A DNA stretch of 63,997 nucleotides, counting the filler, from Basidiobolus ranarum (Eukaryota), in assembly GCA_040143965.1 (NCBI GenBank). It is 6 parts of 6 records of this genome, joined end to end, with 100 filler letters (N's around TTAATTAATTAA, not from the genome) between each part and the next. Parts side by side here need not be neighbours in the genome. Positions count along the whole stretch, not along the records: positions 1 to 10,848 come from JASJQH010000661.1; positions 10,949 to 21,788 come from JASJQH010000662.1; 4 more parts are not named here. The stretch is one strand, 5' to 3'. The notes beneath the pieces were generated by a model, which made no database searches, was not told where the DNA came from, and saw only the letters and a program-made list of their open reading frames with translations. The number at the start of each line of letters is the position of its first letter. Position 1 is the first letter of the stretch. Of the stretch, positions 1-11,244 are shown one piece after another. A program made the translations under genes and the position numbers.

Positions 1-559
1 CTTTGCTCCATAACACAATATTTACATCCTCAGAACTTGATTAAATTGGTCATTAAGTTAAGTATGGGTATGATCCAACATTGTCACAATATCTTAAAAG
101 ATTGATGTCTTGATTGTCACTTTGTTTAGATTAGTATATAAGCTGAATAAAGTCCACAACATCTGGTGCTTTTCATCCCCCCTATAAGCTGACATGGTGC
201 TCTTTTGTCAAGTCATGGATATTGCCAGAATTCAACAGACATGTGTAAAATTTGTTTTTCAACATCAGGCTTTTGTTGGACAAGTTTGCAGACTTTTATC
301 TTTTCTGAATATCTCTGACAGTTATCAGATACAGCCAAGTCATTAATGGCAATTTTGATGAATGAAATGTTAACCAAACAAACATGAACTGTCCCAAACA
401 TAGTATATGGACAATTAGGTGCTCAAATCTCATTTCTTAGCAATACTACCAAATGTCTTCAAAATTGACCTGGAGGGACCCAACTTGGTTTTATATTTAT
501 TCCATGGAAAATATACAGGATTTTCTTGAACATGATAAAGTGGTCCCTAGTTATTGTAA

Positions 560-745
560 AGGTATTTTAGGAGCCTCTTGGAAGTGATTTGGAGAATTTG
601 AGAAATTGGTGGCTTTCACTTATGGATTAAATGAGTGAAAAGTTGACATATATAGTCTTACCAAAGGGTTAACAAATAAACATGTCAAATGCGGTCAGGA
701 AGGTCCCATATACATGTGTACCAAGCTTGGGGCCTCTAGGACAAG
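560..745 (-). mobile_element. Partial arm of the dispersed long-TIR (foldback/MITE-like) element
   Basis: Reverse complement aligns by eye with 48900-49088, e.g. gtattttaggagcc vs ggctcctaaatac, aaaagttgacat vs atgtcaacttt, ggaaggtccca vs tgggaccttcc. Confidence 0.7.
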
Positions 746-1207
746 TTTTAATATATATGTATGTATATATTTATATAAATATGTGCTATAAAATATTAGA
801 AACTCTCAGATATATACAGATATAATGGGAAACACGCTCGCAGCTACGCAGGCTGAAAATGAAGCGAAAATATTTAGGAGTACATTCTACATCCCATCTG
901 CACCCTCTCGACATCAGTTCTTTGCCACTGGCTATCCCTTGCTTGGATATATCTGATGTGCTAATATAGCCAACTGGTTGCCTCGAAGTGTAAGCTATAT
1001 CAGACGACTTCAAATACTTAGTTTAATCAGGGACGCTTCTGTACCGCAAAGTACTACCACCCCATTACGACATACTCATCGTTGATACTTTGGATAGGCA
1101 TTTTACTATTTATGATATTATAAGTATAAGCTAGACTGAGTAGGTTCAAAAAATACTACACATTTAACTATAATAATACAACTACTGGCTGGTTCTTCAA
1201 AGGCACT

Positions 1208-4200
1208 CTAGTCAGATTGACTACCTGACGATGACGTATCTTTGCCCTTCAGTGGAATGCAGATATGGTTATACCTGGAGCAGTGAATCACATTTTTATG
1301 CTGTGTACGGCATTTATATCCATACCAGCAATCCGGACGCGAGGTACACTCTACTGGAAGCTTTCCTAGACTTGACCTGATGTATTCAAATACAACCAAC
1401 GTCAGAAGTTTTTTAGAACAGTCGTTACATATCTTACTATCGCAAGATAGTGGTGTGGGAGGTTTCCAAGATCTCTCATAAGCTTTAGTGTCTACCACTA
1501 GATCTTTAACTCTCTCATGGAAGATCTGATCTAGCGATTTGCTCTCGTAGCGAAGCAATGAAGTCGCGAGGAGTTGATCAAAAGCATTCAGTCCTGTCAG
1601 TGAGTCTTCCGAAAATTCAAAAGCACTTAGAGACTTTGTTGTGCACTCCTTACTGCATAATGAGCAATAGTCATGGTCCTTAACTAGAACTATGTAGCGG
1701 ATCCGAACTTGGCTCACATCGTAGACGATGTACTCGTTATACTGAAGAACTAGCTCCACTTTTTTGTTGTTCGCGTCAACCTGAGCTGGGCGTTTGATCA
1801 CGGGTCCTTGGGGGACAATCAGCCCCTCTTGATTGGTATATACTGCTTTACTGAAATCAGGACCAAGTTTTCCCACTCCTTTAGTACTCTGGTAACCATC
1901 AACTGCCGTTTCCATATACTTCTCTTTCGTGGCTTCATACATGTTTCCCAAGGCTACTTCGCAAAGCAGCAGGCAAGAGTATCCCGTGGTCTGGTCATTA
2001 TAATCCGTTGAGTAAGCGACGGATTTATCAAACATATCGGCGAAATATACACCTTTTCCAAACATATATCCTGTAGCAGGAGCCTCTACTGGAGCAACAC
2101 GTAAACCTTGCGATAAGATTCCCAGATAGTTGGAGAATTTGGAGCCATGCCATAGAAGCATGCGATTACTATTATCTTTATGTGGCTGGAATCGTTCCGA
2201 CTCCCCTTCTTTGTCTAGACTCCAAAGATGAAGAAGCTCGTAATTACCCGTATTCTTCGACTGATGCATGTAGTTGTTGACCAATAAAAATTCCTCGCTG
2301 CTCTTATTGATCTCTCCCCAATTACAGCCAAGCGCCTTGTAACAATAATCTAATGGGCTAGAACTCTCTGCTCTCAATTGAGCAGCCAAGATAATATTAG
2401 CACCTCCATTAAGGTACCTTAGATTGTCAATGCGTCGCATCTCGTTCTGCAGCAACTCCTTAGTAGTGATTGATTGAATTCCTCCTAACTGAGCATTCTT
2501 GTACGGAATTTTCATGAAATAGCGATTGCTTAGGTTCGCAAGTCGATTATTTATCGCTTTGACAACATTAAAGTCATAAGTGGCACTGCATTGTGCTTCA
2601 TGTAATTCCAACACCGCATCTCTGATTTGGCACAGTAATTGAAAACCATCTTCCAGGGTGTTTCTGTCGAGATAGCCGAGGGGAATGTCAGCATTGGCAT
2701 CGAGCATTACCTCTCTCAGAGCAGCCACATTACAGAACATCTAGGGAGAAGTAAGCAACCAAGTAAAAAAAGAATATTGAACTTCAAGGCAATACATACC
2801 TTGATTGTAGCTTGAAGTGGAGTGGGCAGCGTACTCGGGGCACACTTCTTAAAATTAATGGGTTTCATCGTAATGCTATTATTGTAGACATTTCTTGTAA
2901 CTACGAATCGTCCTTCTTTTTCCACAAATTCTTCGGCTGAACGGTGTTCCCATAAATTTCCGGTTTTACTCTTGAATATCTTTCTAAACTCGATTTCGGA
3001 CTCTTCCTTACTGTTGAACGGAGTACGTTGATGCATTCCCTAAAACCAGAGATTTAGCAAGCCTCTTTGAGATCATGATGATGATATTTACCTGTTCACC
3101 AATCTGACCCCAACGGGTCCATACAAAATAAATGTCCTGCACAGTGTTGTGGATTATTTGCATCTTGTAAAACATATTTAACCCATAGTACCCACGTCGA
3201 ACATCCGTCTTATTCAACAATATATCATATGGCTGCTCATCCTCATCATAGTGCAACTTGCCAACTTGACTGAGGTGGGAAATTGGATCCACTTCCTCTT
3301 TCTTGTTCCAGTTTTCGGGCAGGACTCCACCATTTAGGCGTTTGGCCTCTTCTTCCTCCTTTGTTTTTGCTTCAAGCTCAAGTTTTTGTCTTTGCAATTC
3401 AGCGTCACCGTTAACATCTACAGTGAGCAAGCTGTCCACTGACATCTCCTCAACATCGTTTTCGACTTCCATGCAATTGTTATCTGGTGGCTGAGCGCCA
3501 TACTGCAAAAGCGCGCGGTAAAGTATTCCAGATTTTTGCCTCTGGGCATAATGAATGGGGCTCTTCTCGTGTATGTCACATAGATTAATCAAAGATCTCA
3601 ACCGATTACTATCCTTCAGGAATTGCTGCAACTTTTCCAGCATATCGGCATTATTATATGACACGCTACTGTATGGAGAAACAATGAAATGAATAATGGA
3701 CCGGCCTTCGTCGTCGACCTCCATAATGTTCATTTTAGCAGCGCCATTGGAATGTGTAAGTAATATCTCAAAAGCCCTGGTGTTATGCAGCATTATTGCA
3801 TGAAGTAATGCATTGACTGGTTTTTCAGATAGCTGATGAGTAGTCTTGAGGCAACTTTTAATGCTAGGATCAGCACCAAAGTCTAACAGCTAATGGTGGG
3901 GTAAGTAATCTAGTAACTGAATTTCAGCAATATGGATAACTTACCGAGGCGACAAGATCAGTGTTGTTTCTAATAGCATATTCTAGTGGGGTTTGACCGG
4001 TGATGGGATCTACCAAATTTAGATTGGGATGCTGCGTCCACAATAACTCGAGATGCTGTTTGATCAACCAGTTCTGTTCGAATAAGCATTTGTAGAAGAT
4101 GGTGCGACCCGTCTCAGGCTCCACATCGTTTAGAGAGACTTTGGACTCTAAAATCGGCAATACTGCTTCAGAGTAATGATTGATAGCCATAAGTAACGGC

Positions 4201-7200
4201 GATTGGTTGCTCATTGGATGCTTAACATCAAGCCGCACCCTTGCTTTGAGCAATGCCTAAACGAGAGACCATAACGAGTTAATGAATACACCATGGCCAA
4301 TATTGAAACTTTGATATGCTCCTACTTTCACTATTTCCATCTCTTGTTGCTCTAAAGCAACAACTATCGGATGAGTCACGAAGCTTTCATTCTTGGGGTT
4401 TTTTTTCGTGAACTTATAGAGACAAGGTCGGTTGACATCGCCACCGGCATCCACAATGATCTAGTTGATAATAAGGCGTTGAGTGCATGTTTTTCCACAT
4501 CTCTCCTTAACAATTAACTACCTTGAGCAAATGGAGACGAGACTTGACGGTATCCCCTTTCTTAAGTATACACCGCATCACTGCGTTTTGTTGCGTACTA
4601 TCGGTTTCAACACTGGCCAGAGCACCGTAATTAAGCAGCATCTTGGTGAAATAGTTTAAATCTACCGTCATTGACAAAATAAAGAGTGAATGAAATTACT
4701 TGTAGTAGTGGAATATCCCGATGCCAAGTAGCGATGGAGACGATGGACTCGAGATTCTTGACATCGTAGATGTCGGGCTTACCGCCATTCCTTAATATCA
4801 TCTAAAATGGCATAAGCATTTTTGTCAACATAGCCTGCGTGTAAAATTACCTACTTCAGCAATTTTTATATTCTTCTCTTGGACAGCGTGCCACAGAGCC
4901 GACTTTCCATCATAATCCACGATATCGGTATTCGCCTTTTGCTGTAGAAATAGTTTGACCAAAATATTATGGTTATTAGACGAGGCGATGAGCAGTGGGG
5001 TTCGACCATTCATGTCCTGAAGGTTAATATCAATACTGTGCACTTTGACCAGATCAAACATCTCCTCTGCGTAGTCTTCCCAGTCACTGAGTGGAGAATA
5101 AGTTAGCATGAAACGTGTACTGTACTTGAAGGATCAGTTTTACATACTTGGTGGTCGCAGGGAAATTGGCCATAACATGGAAGATGTTTTGCTTCTGTGC
5201 GTTTAATCCAAGCAACTGGATCGGTTGAGCTTTGCCCAGAATTATGGAAGCCAAATGGAATTGACCTGAAGAAAGCGTATTAATATGTAGTATATTTTAG
5301 TTCTCTGTACATCAACCCAGCTTACCAGCAGATAATGTGTCGTGCATTGCATCTAACAAGTCCATTCCCTTGTCCATGATCAGATACGCCAAAGGCATAA
5401 ATGATCTGTGCATGGCATAGTGAAAAGTCGATACATGGGGCTTATGTAAGTATGGTACATTCATCTCTCCAACACATTGGATACCATTATTTGCTAACAT
5501 GATACAATGTTCAACGTGTCCATAGATCAATCCAAGTTGGAATGCCGTTAACTCATCCTTATCTCTTGCCTCAACATCAACCTTCCGTTGTAACAAATAG
5601 GTAGAGCATGTAAAAGCACCTTGTATAGCTGCGTAATGGAATGGGGTTCTTCCAAATGAATCCTTTAGGTCCAATTCAATCCCCTTTTGATCAAGGAAAA
5701 ATCTAAGGATATCTATGGGATCATCTTTGGTACTAGTCAAGCTGTCTTTTTTCTCCCAATGCAATTGACGATACATCCCGTCGGTAAACCATGGATCTTC
5801 AAGACAAACATCCCAAGATTGTTTTCGACTTCCTGGAAGTTTCCTTTGTAATCCCTCGAAAAGCCATGATTCTAATGAGGAGTTATTCAACTTAAATTTG
5901 GTTACACTGGAGCGAAGTTCCCTTATGTTAGCTTCTTTTTTCTCTAACATGATTTTGTATTTCTCTGCTTTCTCTCGGGTAGAACTTGTAAATCTCATGA
6001 GTGGAATCAGGTGGGTTTCCACAAAGGCAATATGTAAGGGAGTTCTACCCTGGTAATCTTGAGCATTGATATCGGCACCGTAGCGTAGAAGTAACCCTTC
6101 GATTTTGAATGATTTGTTGGTTTGGCTTCGAGAATAATTACAGATGTAATGTAGTGGAGTCATATTGAATCGATCCACAACGGTGGCGACAGCTCCTGCT
6201 TCCAGCAGAGTTGTAACAATCTTGTGATTCTTGGTATTCACAGCGTGATGTAATATCGAGAGACCTTCGTTGTCTATGCAGTGTATGTCAGCCCCAGAAT
6301 TGATTAGTATTTGAACCAACTCCAAAATGTTTCTCTTAACCGCCTCGATTAAAGGTGTAGAGAAATTTGGATCGGATACATCCCTAGTGTGGATATTTGG
6401 ATTGGCGTTACAGTTCAACAGTAGTCGAGCCAACTTCAGATTTCCATTGATACATGCCAAATGTAGAGCTGTTTTGTTTTCTTTGTTCATATGATCGACT
6501 AGCATTAAATCGCCCACATTTCCGGAAGTGTTGGTATTCTTAACAGTCAACTCGGCATTTTCGATCAAAAATTTCACCATTTTAGTTTGGTTCAGAGCGC
6601 TGGCCGAAGTCAACAAAGTATCTTGCTCATTGGTGATTAAGGAAAAATCTACAAAAACTTCATTTGGGCGCTTACTAACGATGTAGTCAATCAGTATGTC
6701 ACTTTGACTGCGAAGTATCTGAATTAGCGTGGAGACTTTCTTGTTGTCTAGAACGTTTATGTCTGCTCCAGCATCAATCAATATCTAGTCAAAGAAGCCA
6801 ACCATTAATCTCCACAACCTTATTGTATCTAAAATACCTGATCCGAAATATTACTAACCTGAGCAGTTGTATAATGATTTTGAGCGATTGCCATCATGAG
6901 AGCAGTTTGATGGCTCTTGTAGGTGACCTTGTTGAGACACTCCTTCACTTTTGACGGCTCCCAGTTTACCTCCATATGTGACAACATCGCTTTCAACGCT
7001 GTTGTTTTGACTTGAATAGCAGCAATCATAATCGATGTCTCCCCCTCGCTGTTTTGAAACGACGGATCAGCTCCACCGGCTACGAGAATACTTACAGACT
7101 CCTCCCATAAAACCTTCTTAGATTTAAACACAATATTGTAGGCGCCTTTAACCTCATCAGTAAGTAGCTTTGCAGGGATATTGTCTTCGTCTAAATACGA

Positions 7201-10200
7201 TGCCAGCATCAGGGGAGTCTGGCAATGATTATGTCTATGAATTTGAATATTCTGGTTGCATCCATTAAGCAAAAAGAACTTCAAAGGTTCGGAGTATTGC
7301 AAGTTGGCAGCGAAATGCAAGAGTCCCCAACCAGTCCTGTGAGGTTCACTCTCCAGAGTGGCCTTAGGGTTTTTCAGATAAAAATCTTCGGGCAATTGTA
7401 ATTGACAATTCATATCAGGTTTCAGTACATGAATGAATTTCTGGGCCTCCTCTATCCAAAAATCCCACTGATACAGTAAGGATTCCAATTTCCCATCCTT
7501 ACTTTGTTTGTCAGATCGATACCGATACTCATAACCGTCTAGATATTTCACCATTCTGCTGGTTTTTTCCTCGAATTTTTCGTATTGAACATTGATTGCA
7601 TGTAGAAAACCCAACAGAATTGGGGTGTATCCATTTTTATCCACTTTATCAGCCAGATGTTTGACCTTAGAAGCTCTCTCCTCCCCTTCACCCTTTCTCC
7701 CTAACAATAATTCACCGATACTGGTGATACTCTCTCTTTCCCGGACAACATACTCATTCCATGTTTGAGGTATAGGATCCACCTCTAGCGATTGAGCTTC
7801 GGCGACTGCGCGCATGAAATAATGGAGTACATTGAGTCCCTGGCTATATAGAATATCCCAATAATTAGCCCCGTTTTCAATTAGAAAATGTATCATGGGC
7901 TTTTTGTCTTTCTCAAGAGCCACTTGAAGAGCTGTTTGCCCAAGATTATTCTTAACCTCGAGTTGAGCACCTTTGTCGAGCAACATCTGACCAATTTTCA
8001 CCTGAAGCTCAGCTGCTATTTGATCAGTAAACGACCGTTCGATTTCGTGCGAGTAATCGGAAGGATTCTTTTGAATCGTAATATGTACGTTGGATGCCAC
8101 TAGAATATGTAAAGGAGTGTCACCATTGATGTCTCTGATCGACAAGTCACAATTGGTGCTATCGAGCAAGGTTGCAATTGTTCTAATGAAACGTTCGGAC
8201 TCGTAACTCTTGTTATCACTGGTGAAGGAAATATTGCAGCAAGTGTGGAGCATAGTTCTTCCATTGGAGTCTTTAAAGTTGATGTTTACTTGAGGGTTAT
8301 TTATGAGGTAGTTCACCACTCTTATATGACCTTTTCTATGAGCAATTGACAGCGCAGATGTCTTCCAACTATTCACTGCATTTGGATCAGCATCGCCCAC
8401 CTCCATCAATAACTTTACCAATGTAAGCCATCCATAAGCAGCAGCATAATGAATTGGATAGTTTCCTGAAGCATCCCCGATGTTTACATCCACGCCACCG
8501 ACTTGGAGAAGATAAGCTGCAATATCATAATGGCCATTCTTGCAAGCGAGGTGGATAGGTTTTCTCTTGAATTTGTCATCTTTTTCTGGATCTGCTTGAC
8601 CCTTCTCCATTAGCATTACTACCGCCTCTAAATGGCCCATTTTCACAGCGTGAAACAAAGGTGTAGCCTTCGTCTCTCTATCAAGTACTTCAACATTAGC
8701 GCCGCCGTCAATCAGGGCGGCAATTGTCTCGGAATGACCATAATGAGCAGCAAAGTGCAACGCAGTCCATCCTTGAGTTAGTCGTGTTTCGTTTACCGAC
8801 TCATCGGGCAAATTGGCCAAAAGTAGTGGGATACAGTGGGCTTTACCATATTTGGCACAAAGCAACAACGGAGTAACTCGATGTAGGTCCATCTTGGTAA
8901 GGTCATGTTTCTTTTCAATAAGGAACTTCAACGGCTCAATCCCATCACAAACCACAGCGAAATGAGCCACCGTCCTACCGATACTATCTTCCTGGAGGAC
9001 TTCAGCCGAAGTTAAATTCTCGTAAAGTTCTTGAAGATATCTTACGTCGGGGTTCAATGCAGCAAGTTGTAAAGGATTGATAGAGTTATTCTCGGTGGCC
9101 ATTTTGAGGATCTGATTGCGTCGATAGTTTGATAAAGGTTGGTCATCTTTAAGGGCAAGAACCTCTTCATGTAAATGATTGAAACCATAATCGGAACCCA
9201 TCTCCTTGATTAAAGCAAGTGCAGCCTCTCGATTACCAGCTGCTGCTGCCTCGTAAACACCAATTAATTTCAGGCAGTAAGCAACATTTTCAGACGTGAC
9301 CATTAGAAATTTCACCATATCGCTGGTTAAATTAGAATTACGAAGAATATACACTATAGACGCATCACTGTCATCGTTATAAACTACTTTACGTTTGTTA
9401 TGGACCTCAAGGGTATCGAACGTGGTTTGCTGGTAAAACGCACTATCTCCCTCTCGATTTCCTCTAGCCTCCTTCACCATGCTAACGGCGTGGCCAAAGG
9501 TAAACCTGGAAACGTGTCCAGAAGATCTATAATTATTTGCACCTGAAGCAACGTCATCGGGAGAGATTCGAGTCTTGGAAGCATGAAGTAGATTTCGAAC
9601 AATTTGGAATTGGTTTCGTAATATTGCGTAAGTTAATGCCGTGTCATAAGGGACATCAGGTCGGCGACCATGGAGGTAATAGGTGATATTCTTCGTATCC
9701 AGGTAGATCTTATCAAAGAGTGGAATATTTGTGAGTAGATGATCAGCCTCCTGCTTCGAAGCATCTTCAGATTCATCCATTTGGTCAGTATCTCTGATTT
9801 TATCCTGTTCAACTTGAGCAAGTACTTGTACCAGTGGGCTGTTTGAACTTGACTCTGCAGTAAGAACAGCGCGCTTGAATTCACGCGCAGCACAAACCAT
9901 ACAACATGAGATGTCGGGTTGATCAGGGGAATTCATATCGTAGTCAAATCCGTCCCATACTGGAGGCACCCGCTTAAGGCGACTTTCGATTCGGTCATTG
10001 ACCTCCTGTTCATGTTGCATTTTCAAAAGTTCCGACTTTCTAGGAGTTTTAGGGGTTTTGGGAGTTTTTGGTGATTCTGACTTACCCTCACGCTTGACGC
10101 GTTTTCTTGGAGTATTGATGATCTCTTGGGATATTACGATATCTTGATCGTCATTTACTTGGGATACATCTCGGGTCTTGCGCTTACTCTTTGGTTTTTT

Positions 10201-10817
10201 CGAAGAGCCGGAGGTTTCTTTCCAATCAGGATCCGAGGAAGTATTTTTACGATGGGACCTCAGCTTGGCTTTTGCCCCAGTTTGAAGAGCTTCTTTCCAA
10301 CTATTGATTAAACTTACGTCCAAAATATTTTCCTCTGGCTCCCAAGAATCCTCATCTGACTCGTAGCCCTTCCACTTCACCCGATAATAGGTAACTCCCT
10401 GCTTCAACGGTCAGGACCAGTATAGAGACACATGAAGCAACCAATATTTGACTTACCTCATCTATTTTAGAGTCGACAATGGCTTCAGCGGTGTAGATAT
10501 CCTCATCCTCATCTTCATCTTCATCCTCGTCCGTAGCATCATCATCGTCATCGTTGGAGTGGTCTAACATTTTATCCAAGCCTGAGTTGGTGAATTCAAA
10601 CGACTCTAGAAATGGAACTAGGTTAATAGTAGAACTTATTTGAGAGCGGCCTAGGAAAAGGAATATAGTTCCTAGTTAAATTAAGTATTCAAATATCACT
10701 ACCATTATCCTCCAGAATACCACTGGTAGTCTTGATAAGTGCGGGCGTGGTGATGGCTAACTTCCTCGTCTGGCTCCGTGGAGGATATGACTTTGTTGGA
10801 GTGATTTCATGGCCCAT
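1208..10817 (-). CDS. Giant multi-exon PARP (~2,950 aa): chromodomain - ankyrin repeats - WGR - PARP regulatory - PARP catalytic - CHFR-like Cys-rich/PBZ domain (PME-5/tankyrase-like)
   Basis: Consecutive minus-strand ORFs join in frame through ~12 GT-AG introns. Approximate exons: 10817-10703, 10605-10457, 10398-6859, 6784-5326, 5265-5147, 5086-4852, 4801-4700, 4642-4522, 4460-4326, 4256-3945, 3889-3092, 3039-2800, 2740-1208. Chromodomain YTAEAIVDSKIDE/GVTYYRVKWKGYESDEDSWEPEENI; many G.T(P/A)LH.A ankyrin motifs; WGR FYKMQII...VWTRWGQIGEQG; PARP LLWHGS, GYMFGKGVYFAD, LQYNEYIVYD; C-terminal RPDCWYGYKCRTQHKNVIHCSRYNHIC. The first exon is the least certain. Confidence 0.9.
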
Positions 10818-10848
10818 GATTGTGATGTTAGAAGACGCAGCCACTCAT

Positions 10849-10948
10849 NNNNNNNNNNNNNNNNNNNNNNNNNNNNNNNNNNNNNNNNNNNNTTAATTAA
10901 TTAANNNNNNNNNNNNNNNNNNNNNNNNNNNNNNNNNNNNNNNNNNNN
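10849..10948. other. Artificial contig-joining spacer N44-TTAATTAATTAA-N44
   Basis: Identical 100-bp structure recurs five times; TTAATTAATTAA gives stops in all six frames. Confidence 0.98.
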
Positions 10949-11029
10949 TGGGGCGTATTTGAGTATCACAAAGTCCAGAGTTAGGGTCTAACATTGATTG
11001 ATTGAGATGCACAATATTATTTCGAGTGA

Positions 11030-11140
11030 ATCTATTCTTGTCTATTTCAATACATTCTTTTCTATTTCAATGTACTCTTGTCTACTTCAATCTATTCTTG
11101 TCTATCTCAATGTGAGGGGGTGGTTAGGGTTAGGGTTAGG
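11030..11140 (+). repeat. ~20-bp tandem repeat (about 4 copies) followed by a short TTAGGG tract
   Basis: Units resembling tctattcttgtctatttcaa, then ggttagggttagggttagg at ~11122-11140. Confidence 0.75.
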
Positions 11141-11244
11141 CTGAGTGATTTTTGTTGATATTATCTTTATTGAAATGGATTCTTGTACAGCGCCATATTT
11201 AGGTTACTTATTTTGATGGGGATGTACATTTTTGGAGATGATAC

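Noticed and set aside
213-401. Short ORF possibly a transposase relic between repeats
   Set aside because: No recognisable DDE/HTH motif; cannot support a call.
10829-10848. ATG at the very contig edge as start of the PARP gene
   Set aside because: That frame stops after six codons; the ATG at 10817 gives an open exon with a phase-compatible intron. An upstream exon lost in the gap cannot be excluded.
10893-10904. TTAATTAATTAA palindromic motif recurring every ~10.9 kb
   Set aside because: Always embedded in N44 flanks; an assembly spacer, not a regulatory site or periodic repeat.
11122-11140. Chromosome telomere
   Set aside because: Only about three TTAGGG units, internal, with non-telomeric sequence on both sides.
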